From assembly GCA_964605525.1 (NCBI GenBank), contig CAZSCV010000006.1, positions 434 to 64,433 on the forward strand: a stretch of 64,000 bases of DNA, in the 5' to 3' direction. A model generated the notes under the pieces. The model saw only the letters and a list, made by a program, of their open reading frames with translations. It ran no database searches and had not been told where the DNA came from. Below, in pieces: positions 19,788 through 28,848 of the stretch. Position 1 is the first letter of the stretch. Each line of letters opens with the position of its first letter. The DNA is from an uncultured Bdellovibrionales bacterium. Its GTDB lineage: Bacteria; Patescibacteriota; Minisyncoccia; Moranbacterales; UBA9337. Position numbers and translations under genes: made by a program.

Positions 19788-19858
19788 AAGTCTTAAGTCT
19801 TAAGTCTTAAGTCTTAAGTCTTAAGTCTTAAGTCTTACGTCTGTCTTACAACCCCAGT
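19788..19858. repeat. Heptamer tandem array (GTCTTAA)7 plus GTCTTAC variants
   Basis: Seven perfect tandem GTCTTAA units followed by GTCTTAC units, immediately 5' of the GT4 gene start on the minus strand. Confidence 0.8.
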
Positions 19859-20052
19859 CCGGAATATGCCGAGCTCATCGTGCTCAAAAACCACGGAATA
19901 ATCGCAATCAAACCAATAAGCGGAAGCAAAACCGCCCCGATGGAAATTATCATCGTCCAAAGAAAATACTTGCGCGTTTTTTCCACAGAAACAAAAATCT
20001 GTTCCAATTTTTCATCTTGCTGTTTGAATTTTTCCAAAATATCTTGTTCCAT
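19846..20052 (-). CDS. Small hypothetical membrane protein
   Basis: 68 aa with a charged N-terminus and one TM helix. Weak. Confidence 0.25.
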   Translation of the reverse strand: MEQDILEKFKQQDEKLEQIFVSVEKTRKYFLWTMIISIGAVLLPLIGLIAIIPWFLSTMSSAYSGLGL

Positions 20053-20115
20053 ATTTTTGTTTTGAATAAATTATTTATATCTATTTTACAAACTTCAATT
20101 TTCCGAAAAATAAAA

Positions 20116-20260
20116 TCATTCTGGCAAGGACAAAATAATAAAATATTTTTCTTACACTGTCTTTGTGCAGTCAGGATAAATTATTTTTGCGCAAACCAAC
20201 CGAGCGTTTAAAATATATATCTACTAAATCCAAAAGGGACACTTGGAAGAAAAATATTTT
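20116..20260. mobile_element. MITE-like element (145 bp) with 27-bp terminal inverted repeats
   Basis: ggacaaaataataaaatatttttcttac at 20116..20142 matches the reverse complement of 20234..20260 (ggacaaaacaataaaatatttttcttcc). Internal blocks (tgtctttgtgc, caaaccaaccga, ccaaaagggaca.ttgga) are shared with the element at 53157..53309. Confidence 0.45.
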
Positions 20261-21026
20261 ATTGTTTTGTCCGGTTTAATTTTTCCGATCCTACATTCAG
20301 GTTCAGTTTCTGCAAAAATTCCGCCAATTCTTCGCCAACAAGCTCCCTCTTTTCTCCTGCATGCAAAGCGCCCAATTTAATACTCATTACTCTCGTCCTT
20401 TTCAAATCAAGCACCCGATAATCCAGCGCACTGCACATTCTCCTGATCTGATGGCGTTTTCCTTCAGAAAGAACAATACTAAAAGTATAATCATCTATTT
20501 TCCGAGCCTTGCACGGTTTGGTAATTTCTCCGCCCTCCAAATCCATTCCCCCGCAAACAATACGGAAAAACCGGTCCTTCAGTTTTTTGTCCACACGCAC
20601 TCGATATTCTTTTTCGTGGTCATATTTCGGATCAAGAAGTTTTCCTGTAATCCTTCCGTCATTAGTTGCGACAATAAGCCCGTGCGAATCCTTGTCGAGT
20701 CGCCCAACCGTAAAAACTCCCTCGGGAAAATCCGCAATATCTGCCACGCTTTTTTCTCCTTCAGCAGGACTCACTGTTACAATCCCTATGGGCTTGTTAA
20801 AGACAAAATATTGCAATTTCTTGAAATTTTTAACTTTCTTACTCACATCCACCTGGTCGCCTTCGGAAACCTTGTCCCCCACTTTGGCGTTTCTGCCGTT
20901 GATTTTTACCAACGAACGCGCCACCAAGACGTCTGCCTCCCGCCGGGAACAAATTCCTTTTTGCGCCAAATACTTGTTAATCCTCATCGGATACTCGTTT
21001 TTTTCTGCATTTTTAATTTCATTCAT
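20259..21026 (-). CDS. rluB: rRNA pseudouridine synthase (RsuA/RluB family) with S4 domain
   Basis: S4 domain (RINKYLAQKGICSRREADVLV) and the catalytic motif VGRLDKDSHGLIVATNDG. Confidence 0.85.
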   Translation of the reverse strand: MNEIKNAEKNEYPMRINKYLAQKGICSRREADVLVARSLVKINGRNAKVGDKVSEGDQVDVSKKVKNFKKLQYFVFNKPIGIVTVSPAEGEKSVADIADFPEGVFTVGRLDKDSHGLIVATNDGRITGKLLDPKYDHEKEYRVRVDKKLKDRFFRIVCGGMDLEGGEITKPCKARKIDDYTFSIVLSEGKRHQIRRMCSALDYRVLDLKRTRVMSIKLGALHAGEKRELVGEELAEFLQKLNLNVGSEKLNRTKQ

Positions 21027-21103
21027 ATAACAAATACTACACTAAACAGAGATTTATGCAAAGAGAAAATATCCAACGAAATAAATTGGTTTTTTATTTA
21101 ATG

Positions 21104-21174
21104 TTGGGGATGAGGGATTCGAACCCCCGATGCAAGGACCAGAACCTTGTGCCTTACCGCTTGGCTAATCCCCA
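21104..21174 (-). tRNA. tRNA-Gln (anticodon CUG)
   Basis: Reverse complement TGGGGATTAGCCAAGCGGTAAGGCACAAGGTTCTGGTCCTTGCATCGGGGGTTCGAATCCCTCATCCCCAA. It has the U1-A72 pair typical of bacterial tRNA-Gln, anticodon stem CAAGG/CCTTG and loop TTCTGGT. Confidence 0.75.
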
Positions 21175-21429
21175 ATATTCAATTTTCAACACTTAATAAA
21201 TACTATACCAAACTTTTTCAAAAATCAAGAAAAAAGACAAATAAAAAATGCTACGGGATTTTCCAATAGCATTTGCTCGCTTGCGCGATAAGAAGACGAA
21301 TTGCCTTCTTTATGAAAAAGAACAAATTCTTTGCCTATATTTTCAGGATTTGTTTTTCGAGAGAAAAACAGGAATAAGATTCATTTGAACCTATTTCTTT
21401 CCTTTTTTCCTTTTTGAAAAAATAGACAA

Positions 21430-21880
21430 AGAGACCTGGGTCCCTTACTTTTCTAATCGATCAGCAAGGGACCCAACCCAGATAAGCACCGACAACAAGA
21501 GGGGGCAGTTTTTCGGGAGCACCAATATCTAAGCCCAATATCGATATTGGTTTTTACCCATAAAACTTCTATGGGGCTCCTAGCATCCGACCTTAGTCAT
21601 TTAACCTCCCCGCGGAAAATTTTCCGCTTTCTTCATCAGACATTGTCAGCAGTTGGTCTTGACCAGGCGAAGTGGTGAGGTCGCACAACATGAGCAAGTG
21701 ATCAGATAGGGTACTGGTCTTTGATGAACAACAACCATTTTTTCGGGTCGTCCGCGACAGGACGACCGGGGGGGAGGAACGAGATGCATCATATCACATT
21801 CTCCTTTGCCGGTAACGGCGGTTAAGGGTCCGGCTCCGGGCATTTACTCCCAGAGCGCAAACAAAACAAGGTACTTCGAC
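21430..21880. ncRNA. Unassigned GC-rich, hairpin-rich non-coding region (candidate large ncRNA)
   Basis: About 450 nt at about 52% GC in a 35% GC genome with no credible ORF. Hairpins include the perfect palindrome GCCCAATATCGATATTGGGC, GGGTCCCTT..AAGGGACCC, GGTCGTCC-N6-GGACGACC and CCCATA..TATGGG. No tmRNA T-arm (GGTTCGA) is present, and RNase P lies elsewhere. Confidence 0.3.
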
Positions 21881-21932
21881 TTGCAACTTAATAATAATCA
21901 CTTTAAAAAAATCTGTCAATATCAAGACAAGG

Positions 21933-22379
21933 TTATTGCGTTTTGTATTTTTTTTCGCCTTTGTCCATTATGACGGCGTAATCCCGCTCTATTCTTTGGA
22001 CACGTTTTTCCAAAATTTCCAATCTTTGAACATCTGCTTTACTTTTCAATTCCTTGCGCAGAATTTCGATTTCCTTTTTCACATCCTTGATCTCATCTTC
22101 AATCCTTTCTACATAATCAAAAACCATTCTGAACCCTTGAGCCATTTCATTCCTGATTTCTTTCAATTCACCGTCAAATCCGTCCATTCGTTTTTCCATA
22201 CTGCCCATCTTATCTTTCAATTCATCAATTCCTCTTGCTAAAATAGAATGACCTTCAGCTATTATTTTTATCTCATCCCTCATCTCTTCCAAAACAGCCA
22301 AAAACTTGCCCTCGGTAGAAATATTCAAAGGTTTCAATTTTTTCGCAACTTTTTTTCGTGCTTTTTTACTTTCCGACAT
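21933..22379 (-). CDS. Coiled-coil protein, hypothetical
   Basis: 148 aa, lysine-rich N-terminus, heptad-rich Glu/Lys/Arg sequence. Confidence 0.45.
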   Translation of the reverse strand: MSESKKARKKVAKKLKPLNISTEGKFLAVLEEMRDEIKIIAEGHSILARGIDELKDKMGSMEKRMDGFDGELKEIRNEMAQGFRMVFDYVERIEDEIKDVKKEIEILRKELKSKADVQRLEILEKRVQRIERDYAVIMDKGEKKYKTQ

Positions 22380-22383
22380 TTTT

Positions 22384-23304
22384 TTATATTTTCAAATACC
22401 TTCGAATTGCAATAAAACTGCTGATCACTCCCAACAAAATTCCAAATGCCAAGACCGCTCCCGAAATCATCCAGAGATATTGAAAATAGAAAACGTGCAG
22501 GCTTTGCTCGGAAATTATTCTTCCCGCCAAAGAAGAAACAAATTTCGTTGTAAGCGGTAAAAGCGCAAGCGCAATCAAGGAACCGAAAAATCCGTACAAA
22601 ATTCCTTCAAAAATCATCGGCATTTGAATATACATATTTGAAGCGCCAACCAAGCGCATAATCTCAAACTCCTGCTTGCGGGAATACATCGACAAACGAA
22701 TCGTGTTGAATGTTATAAGTACTGAAATCAAAATAAAAATTCCTCCCAAAATCATTCCCGCTTTTCCCGCATCTTCCACCGCCACATTGATTTTTTCAAT
22801 ATCTTCTTTGTTTCTGGCATAATTAATTGAATTCACCTTATCCGCAAAAGAAGAGCTTTCCACGCGGGAAACAATTCCATCATATTTATTCGTATTATTT
22901 GCGGTTACAACCAAAGAAGAAAACAACGGATTATCTCCGATTTCATTAATAGCATCCAAAATAACCGGATCATCTCCGGTATTATTGATAAAATTATCCA
23001 GAGCTTGATCATTTGAAACAAATTCCACCGAAGCAACATCCGGAATACTTGCTACTTCTTGCCGAATCAAGTCCACATCCTCGGTAGAAACATCCGGATT
23101 CAAGTAAATACTGATATTGATATTATTTTTAATATTATTAACAATTGAATTTCCTGTTATTCCCAAAAGAGCCGTCGCACTTACAACATATAGCGACAAC
23201 GCCAAAATACTCACAGTGGCAAAACTGAGCCAAAAATTGTGAAAAAAATTATTCAATCCCTCCCTGAAAGTCCTCCCTAATTTTAAAAATTTTTCTTTAA
23301 GCAT
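22384..23304 (-). CDS. ftsX: Cell-division ABC transporter permease FtsX
   Basis: FtsX topology (N-terminal TM, large periplasmic loop, three C-terminal TM helices). Adjacent to ftsE. Confidence 0.8.
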   Translation of the reverse strand: MLKEKFLKLGRTFREGLNNFFHNFWLSFATVSILALSLYVVSATALLGITGNSIVNNIKNNINISIYLNPDVSTEDVDLIRQEVASIPDVASVEFVSNDQALDNFINNTGDDPVILDAINEIGDNPLFSSLVVTANNTNKYDGIVSRVESSSFADKVNSINYARNKEDIEKINVAVEDAGKAGMILGGIFILISVLITFNTIRLSMYSRKQEFEIMRLVGASNMYIQMPMIFEGILYGFFGSLIALALLPLTTKFVSSLAGRIISEQSLHVFYFQYLWMISGAVLAFGILLGVISSFIAIRRYLKI

Positions 23305-23352
23305 TTTTTTATTTTTATAACTTACGCCGCGTATTTCCTATTCTTGCATTTT

Positions 23353-24033
23353 TCAACAAACATATTTTCCTTTTTTGCAATCACTCACAATCTTTCCCTT
23401 TTCCAGAGCCACCACTCGCTTGTTCAATTTGTCCACCACTTCTCGGTCATGAGTCGCTAAAATCACCGTCGTACCGAGATCGTTTATTTTCATCAATAAT
23501 TTAATAATATCCCAGCTGGAATTCGGATCCAAATTTCCCGTCGGTTCATCAGCCACGATAATTACCGGTCGGTGAATCAAAGCGCGCGCCAATGAAACTT
23601 TTTGGCGCTCTCCTCCGGAAAGTTGGTTGGGATATTTTTCCATTTTGTCAGCCAAGCCCACAATATCCAAAATTTCCGGAACTTCTTCATTGATCTCTTG
23701 TGTTGTTTTTCCAACCACTTCCAGAGCGTAAGAAACATTCTTAAAAACAGTTTTCTCGCTGAGCAATTTGAAATCTTGAAAAACCGTTCCAATGTTCCGC
23801 CGGTAATATGGCAAATGCTTTTTTTTGATTGTCGCCAAATCGCGCCCGTCAAAAAGAACTTGTCCGGAAGTCGGTTGCTCCTCGGCATACAAAAGTTTGA
23901 GCAAAGTGGATTTTCCCGCCCCGCTAGGACCGATTATTGTGACAAATTCCCCTTTCTCAATTTTTAAATCAATCCCGTCCAACGCCATAAAATCTCCGGG
24001 AAAAATTTTTACAATATTTTCATATCTAATCAT
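23353..24033 (-). CDS. ftsE: Cell-division ABC transporter ATPase FtsE
   Basis: Walker A GPSGAGKST, signature LSGGERQ, Walker B IIVADEPTGNLD. Confidence 0.9.
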   Translation of the reverse strand: MIRYENIVKIFPGDFMALDGIDLKIEKGEFVTIIGPSGAGKSTLLKLLYAEEQPTSGQVLFDGRDLATIKKKHLPYYRRNIGTVFQDFKLLSEKTVFKNVSYALEVVGKTTQEINEEVPEILDIVGLADKMEKYPNQLSGGERQKVSLARALIHRPVIIVADEPTGNLDPNSSWDIIKLLMKINDLGTTVILATHDREVVDKLNKRVVALEKGKIVSDCKKGKYVC

Positions 24034-24061
24034 ATTTTTATATTTTAATTATACCATTTTT

Positions 24062-25157
24062 TTATTTTCCTGCAACCGCCGAAAAACGCAAATAACTTTC
24101 AATAAATTCTTCCAGCTCACCATCCAAAACCTTCTCCGGCTCGACAGTTTCAAACTTCGTTCGATGATCCTTGACCATCTTGTATGGATGCAAAACGTAA
24201 GATCGAATCTGGCTCCCCCACTCGGCACTGCGATACTCTCCTCTCAGTTTCTGCTTTTCAATTTCTTTTTCTTCCAAATATTTCTGATGAAGTTTGGCGC
24301 GCAAAATTTTCATCGCTTTTTCCTTATTCTGCAACTGCGACCGTTCGTTCTGACAAGTCACCACTATCCCGGAAGGGATGTGCGTAATTCTCACCGCACT
24401 ATCAGTCGTATTTACACTCTGTCCGCCGGCACCCGATGAACGATACACATCCACTCGAGTATCAGAATCTTTAATTTGAACCTCTTTTATCTCTTCAATC
24501 ACCGGCAGAACCTCCACCAAAGCAAAAGAAGTTTGACGCAAATTATCCGAATTAAACGGAGAGAGTCGCACCAACCGATGCGTTCCAGCCTCTCCTTTGA
24601 GCTTTCCATATGCCCACGCTCCATCAATTTCCATTGTTGCACTTTTGATTCCCGCCTCAGCGCCACGCGACTCATCAATTATTTTTGCCTTAAAGTTATT
24701 CTTTTCCGCAAACCGCAAATACATTCGAAGCAACATCTCAGTCCAATCCTGAGCATCAACTCCTCCGGCACCGGCATGAAGCGCCAAAATAACGTTATTG
24801 CGGTCATATTCACCGGAAAGCAAAATTTGAAATTCCAATTTTGCAAGTTCTTTTTCTAATTTTCCCAATTCTTTTTCAATTTCCTCTTCTTCTTCCTTGC
24901 CATGTGCGGCTAATGAAAATTCCCCTAAATAATCCACCCATTGTTCTATTTTTTCAAAATCATCCACTTCCTTTTTTAGATTTTCCGATTCTTTCATAAC
25001 CTCCCCGGCAAAGCGCGCATCATCCCAAAAATCAACCTGCGCCGATTTTTCTTCCAATTCAAGAATTTTCTGTTTTTTTTGTGGCAAGTCAAAGATATTC
25101 CCGAAGTTTCGGGATTTTATTTTGCAACTCTTCTAATTTTTGTTTAACATTATCCAT
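24062..25157 (-). CDS. prfB: Peptide chain release factor 2, with +1 programmed ribosomal frameshift
   Basis: SPF and GGQ motifs. The upstream frame-0 leader MDNVKQKLEELQNKIPKLREYL ends at the CTT TGA C shift site (plus 25088..25094), and the +1 frame continues DLPQKKQKILELEEKS into the annotated ORF. Confidence 0.85.
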
Positions 25158-25161
25158 AATT

Positions 25162-25908
25162 TTATATTTCTAAATATAACAATCCAAACATCAGAATAAC
25201 ACCCGCAATAAGAAATATCAAATGACCTAGGGATTTTTTTGTATCATCTTCTTTGTGCAGCTGTGGAATCAAATCTGAAGCGGCAATATATATAAAACCG
25301 CCCGCAGTAAAAGGAATCAGAAATGAAACTATGTTCTCAGAAACATTACCGACAACCAAAATTAAAATAGCTCCGAGAATCGCTGTCAAAGCTGTGAGAA
25401 AATTAAAAAACAAGGCTTTTGCCCTTGAAAAACCTCCGTAAACCAAAGATCCGAAATCTCCAATTTCTTGGGGAATTTCATGAAAAATAATCGCAACCGA
25501 TGTTGCAATTCCAACCGGAACACTTACCAAAAAACTGGCAGCTACCACCATTCCGTCAACGAAATTATGCAACGAATCGCCGACTAAAATATTATACGTG
25601 AAAGGATGCGGGTGATTCTCGCAAGCTCTCCGATGGCAATGACGCCAATGTACAATCTTTTCCAAAATAAAAAATATTAAAATCCCCAAAAGAACATATA
25701 CAGAAACTGAAACCGGACTTTTTGCATTATCATAGGCTTCCGGAATCAAATGGATAAAAGCATCACCCAAAAGCGTTCCGGCAGAAAAACTCACTAAAAA
25801 CAAGAGCCGGCGATACAGCTTTTCCTGATTCCAAGATAAAGTAAAAATACCGACAAGGGATATCAGGCTAATAATCAATACTGAAGCTAAAACATAAATC
25901 CAAATCAT
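25162..25908 (-). CDS. ZIP family metal (Zn/Fe) transporter, ZupT-like
   Basis: HEIPQEIGDF motif, a His-rich loop (WRHCHRRACENHPHP) and eight TM helices. Confidence 0.8.
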   Translation of the reverse strand: MIWIYVLASVLIISLISLVGIFTLSWNQEKLYRRLLFLVSFSAGTLLGDAFIHLIPEAYDNAKSPVSVSVYVLLGILIFFILEKIVHWRHCHRRACENHPHPFTYNILVGDSLHNFVDGMVVAASFLVSVPVGIATSVAIIFHEIPQEIGDFGSLVYGGFSRAKALFFNFLTALTAILGAILILVVGNVSENIVSFLIPFTAGGFIYIAASDLIPQLHKEDDTKKSLGHLIFLIAGVILMFGLLYLEI

Positions 25909-25999
25909 ACAGATAATTTACAATTTTCAATTTTCAATTTTCATTGAATTTTTAATTGATCAATTTTTCAATTTTAAAACTCAATAAATAATTAATACT

Positions 26000-26521
26000 T
26001 TAAAAAATATAGTTTTTGATTAGTTCAATATGCTCCGCTTCAACTTTTGCAAGTGCGGTAAAGAAAATTTTTATTTTTTGTTCATCCGCTTCTTTGGCAA
26101 ATTTGGAATATAATCCTGTTGCATGTTCCTCGAGTTCAATTGTTTTTTTGAAATTTTCAAGATCTTTATCCGAACATTGTTCGGTCAAACCTTCAGGCAT
26201 CGCGATTTTCAAAAATTTCGTCGCGATTGTTGCGTGTTCAAGCTCAACTTTTGCCAACCGCTTGTACATTTTTTCAATTTCATAAGAGGATGCTTTTCCT
26301 GCCATGCAAAGATAAATCGCATTAGCTTTCATTTCCAAATCCAGCGTTTCCATTAGATTTTTTTTTGAAGCTTCGCCGATTTCACCTTCTCTTTTGAAAA
26401 AAGGCTTGGCTTCACTGCCAGGTTTGATATAATAGTGATCTGCTCCGCAAAAAGGACACTTCGACGGCGCCTCCGTGCCCAAATAAGCATCTCCGCAAAT
26501 TTCACAAACAAATGTTTTCAT
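26000..26521 (-). CDS. Reverse rubrerythrin (N-terminal rubredoxin-like Cys4 domain plus ferritin-like diiron domain)
   Basis: CEICG...CPFCG at the N-terminus, followed by E..H diiron motifs (VELEHA, VEAEHIEL). Confidence 0.7.
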   Translation of the reverse strand: MKTFVCEICGDAYLGTEAPSKCPFCGADHYYIKPGSEAKPFFKREGEIGEASKKNLMETLDLEMKANAIYLCMAGKASSYEIEKMYKRLAKVELEHATIATKFLKIAMPEGLTEQCSDKDLENFKKTIELEEHATGLYSKFAKEADEQKIKIFFTALAKVEAEHIELIKNYIF

Positions 26522-26569
26522 CTTGATTATATTGCTATATTGTTATATTGTTAAATTGTTTTAATTTTT

Positions 26570-26642
26570 GCCACCTTAGCTCAGTTGGCAGAGCAATGCA
26601 CTCGTAACGCATAGGTCCGGAGTTCGATTCTCCGAGGTGGCT
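26570..26642 (+). tRNA. tRNA-Thr (anticodon CGU)
   Basis: GCCACCTTAGCTCAGTTGGCAGAGCAATGCACTCGTAACGCATAGGTCCGGAGTTCGATTCTCCGAGGTGGCT, with anticodon loop CTCGTAA and T-loop GTTCGATTC. Confidence 0.8.
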
Positions 26643-26668
26643 CATATTCAAAAACTTTACAAAAAATA

Positions 26669-27574
26669 TTAAACGCCTGCCGTTTTTTTCAGATCCTCCC
26701 ATTTTTTATCAATATTATTCTGGATCATTTCGATTATTTTTTTGTTTTCCGGCTTGAAAAGATGCTTGAATCTTTTTTGTGTTTGCAAAAAATCTTCAAT
26801 CGGTTTTCTATTTTTCACTTCCAAATTAATTTTATAATCACCATTTTCTATTTCAAAAAGTGGCCAAAAATTCGTTTCAGTTGCCAATTTTCCAATACGC
26901 ACATACTGCGAAGTTGGATATTTCCAAACATTGGTGCAAGGTTGCAGTACGAGTAAAAATGAAGGACCGTTTGTTTCGAAAGCTTTTTTGGCTTTTTTGG
27001 CGAGATCTTCAATATACGCCACATTGGATTGCGCCAAATATTTCACATGGTGCGCCGCTACAATTTGCATAATATCCTTGCGTTCCGTTTGATTTCCAAA
27101 AGACTCTTTCCCGGCTGGAGTAGTTTCCATATTTGCCCCCATTGGAGTTGCTCCTGATCTTTGTCCGCCGGTATTCATATACCCCTGGTTATCATACGCC
27201 ACATATAAAACCTGATGACCGCGCTCAAGCATTCCGGAAAGCGCTTGCAATCCAATGTCATATGTTCCACCATCCCCTCCGAAAGCCACAATTTTAACAT
27301 TATCCTTCACCACTCCTTTTCTTTTTAAGACTTTCAGTGCCGCCTCTACCCCGGAAGCTGTCGCGCCGGCATTTTCAAAAGCATTGTGGATGTAAGGAAC
27401 TTTCCAGGCTGAATATGGGTGAAGCGTTGTAGTCACTTCCAAACAACCGGTTGCATTAATCACCACCACCGGATCATCGGTTGCGCCCAAAACCGTCCGC
27501 ACAATCGCCGGAATCCCACACCCCGCGCAAGTAGAATGTCCCGGCGCCAATTTTTCAGTTAGTTTTTTATTCAT
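26669..27574 (-). CDS. porB: Pyruvate/2-oxoacid:ferredoxin oxidoreductase beta subunit (TPP-binding)
   Basis: CAGCG...GDGG TPP-binding motifs typical of PorB/KorB. Confidence 0.85.
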   Translation of the reverse strand: MNKKLTEKLAPGHSTCAGCGIPAIVRTVLGATDDPVVVINATGCLEVTTTLHPYSAWKVPYIHNAFENAGATASGVEAALKVLKRKGVVKDNVKIVAFGGDGGTYDIGLQALSGMLERGHQVLYVAYDNQGYMNTGGQRSGATPMGANMETTPAGKESFGNQTERKDIMQIVAAHHVKYLAQSNVAYIEDLAKKAKKAFETNGPSFLLVLQPCTNVWKYPTSQYVRIGKLATETNFWPLFEIENGDYKINLEVKNRKPIEDFLQTQKRFKHLFKPENKKIIEMIQNNIDKKWEDLKKTAGV

Positions 27575-27642
27575 ATCCCTACAAAATTACAAATCAATTA
27601 CAAATATACAAAAACTATTCCCCTATCTCTCTTCCAAAATTA

Positions 27643-28836
27643 CTAATTACTTTTTGCATTCAAATATCTCACTCCTTCAAATTTTTTACTTTTAATCATA
27701 TCCTCAAAAACACTTTCAATATTTTCTGCAAAAATATCACGCCCACCCAAAGCATAGACATACGACGACACCGAACATGGAATATGAAACATGGAACATG
27801 AATTTACTATTTCAGAATATAAAGGAGAAACGGAACCAAAAGAGATGGCGCGATCCATCACTGCCACATTCTTGGCGTTTTTCAAAATTTCAGCAACCTC
27901 TTTATATGGAAAAGGGCGGAATAATTTTATCTTAAGAAGTCCGACCTTCTTTCCTTGCTCTCGCAACTCGTCTACCACATTTTTGACAGTCCCGGCAGTC
28001 GATCCCATAAGAACAATAATCTGCTCAGCATCTTCAGTTTTGTATTTTTCAAAAATATCATACCTTCTGCCAGAGATATCCGCAAAATCCGCCATAATAT
28101 CTGCGTATTTTTTCGCCGAATCCTTTATTGTATTGCTTTGCTCGATTTTGAATTCGAAATATGAATCCGGCAAACTCACCGGTCCGAAAGTTACCGGATT
28201 ATCCAAATCCAAAAGACTGCGACTTGGCTCAAATTTTCCCACAAATTTTCCCACGATTTCATCCGGAAGTATTTCTAAAATTTCCACACTGTGCGAAGTA
28301 GTAAATCCATCCATAATCACCATTACCGGCACTTCTGCTTTCTCCGCCAATTTCATTCCGATAATCGTGTTGTCATATACTTCTTGCGCATTCTCGGAAA
28401 AAATTTGAATCCATCCGGTGTCCCGCGCTCCCATCACATCGCTATGGTCGCCATGAATATTAATCGGAGCGCCAAGCGCCCGAGCGGAAATAAGCATTAA
28501 AATTGGAAGCCTTGTTCCGCTGGCAATGTACAAAACCTCATTCATCAGTGCCAACCCTTGCGAGCTGGTTGCCGTGATGGTTCGCGCTCCCGACGCGCTT
28601 GCTCCAATCGCCGCGCTCATAGCACTATGTTCCGACTCGACGGTAATAATCTCCGTATCCACCTTTCCATCCGCCTCAAATTTGGCAAATCCTTCAATAA
28701 TCGGAGTTTGCGGAGTAATCGGATATACTGGCGCCACATCAGGATTGATTTGACGCAAAGCCTCAGCAGCCGCCATTCCACCCGTGAGAGCAATTTTTCT
28801 TCTATTTGTCATATTGGTCTTATTCGACATATTCAT
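27643..28836 (-). CDS. porA: Pyruvate:ferredoxin oxidoreductase alpha subunit
   Basis: PorA-like sequence throughout (GARTITATSSQGLALMNEVLYIASGTRLP...). Confidence 0.85.
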   Translation of the reverse strand: MNMSNKTNMTNRRKIALTGGMAAAEALRQINPDVAPVYPITPQTPIIEGFAKFEADGKVDTEIITVESEHSAMSAAIGASASGARTITATSSQGLALMNEVLYIASGTRLPILMLISARALGAPINIHGDHSDVMGARDTGWIQIFSENAQEVYDNTIIGMKLAEKAEVPVMVIMDGFTTSHSVEILEILPDEIVGKFVGKFEPSRSLLDLDNPVTFGPVSLPDSYFEFKIEQSNTIKDSAKKYADIMADFADISGRRYDIFEKYKTEDAEQIIVLMGSTAGTVKNVVDELREQGKKVGLLKIKLFRPFPYKEVAEILKNAKNVAVMDRAISFGSVSPLYSEIVNSCSMFHIPCSVSSYVYALGGRDIFAENIESVFEDMIKSKKFEGVRYLNAKSN

Positions 28837-28848
28837 CTTATATGTTTT

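Noticed and set aside
19788-19858. CRISPR array
   Set aside because: It consists of perfect 7-nt tandem units with no spacers, and no cas genes lie in the window. It is a microsatellite, not a CRISPR.
20361-21101. Long plus-strand ORFs antisense to rluB (20361..21101), pyrG (45823..46506), lysS (58196..58828) and others
   Set aside because: They overlap well-supported conserved genes on the opposite strand and show no recognisable motifs.
21646-21843. ORF 21646..21843 (-) within the GC-rich RNA candidate
   Set aside because: Its Cys/Pro/Arg-rich, low-complexity translation is typical of structured-RNA DNA read as protein. There is no start context.
21430-21880. Assigning the GC-rich region as RNase P RNA or tmRNA
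   Set aside because: It has only a loose resemblance to P4 (GGAGUAAAUGCCCGG against GGAGGAAAGUCCGG), and the genuine rnpB with exact P4 sequences is at 41104..41517. There is no GGTTCGA T-arm or acceptor pairing for tmRNA, and no SRP domain IV motif.
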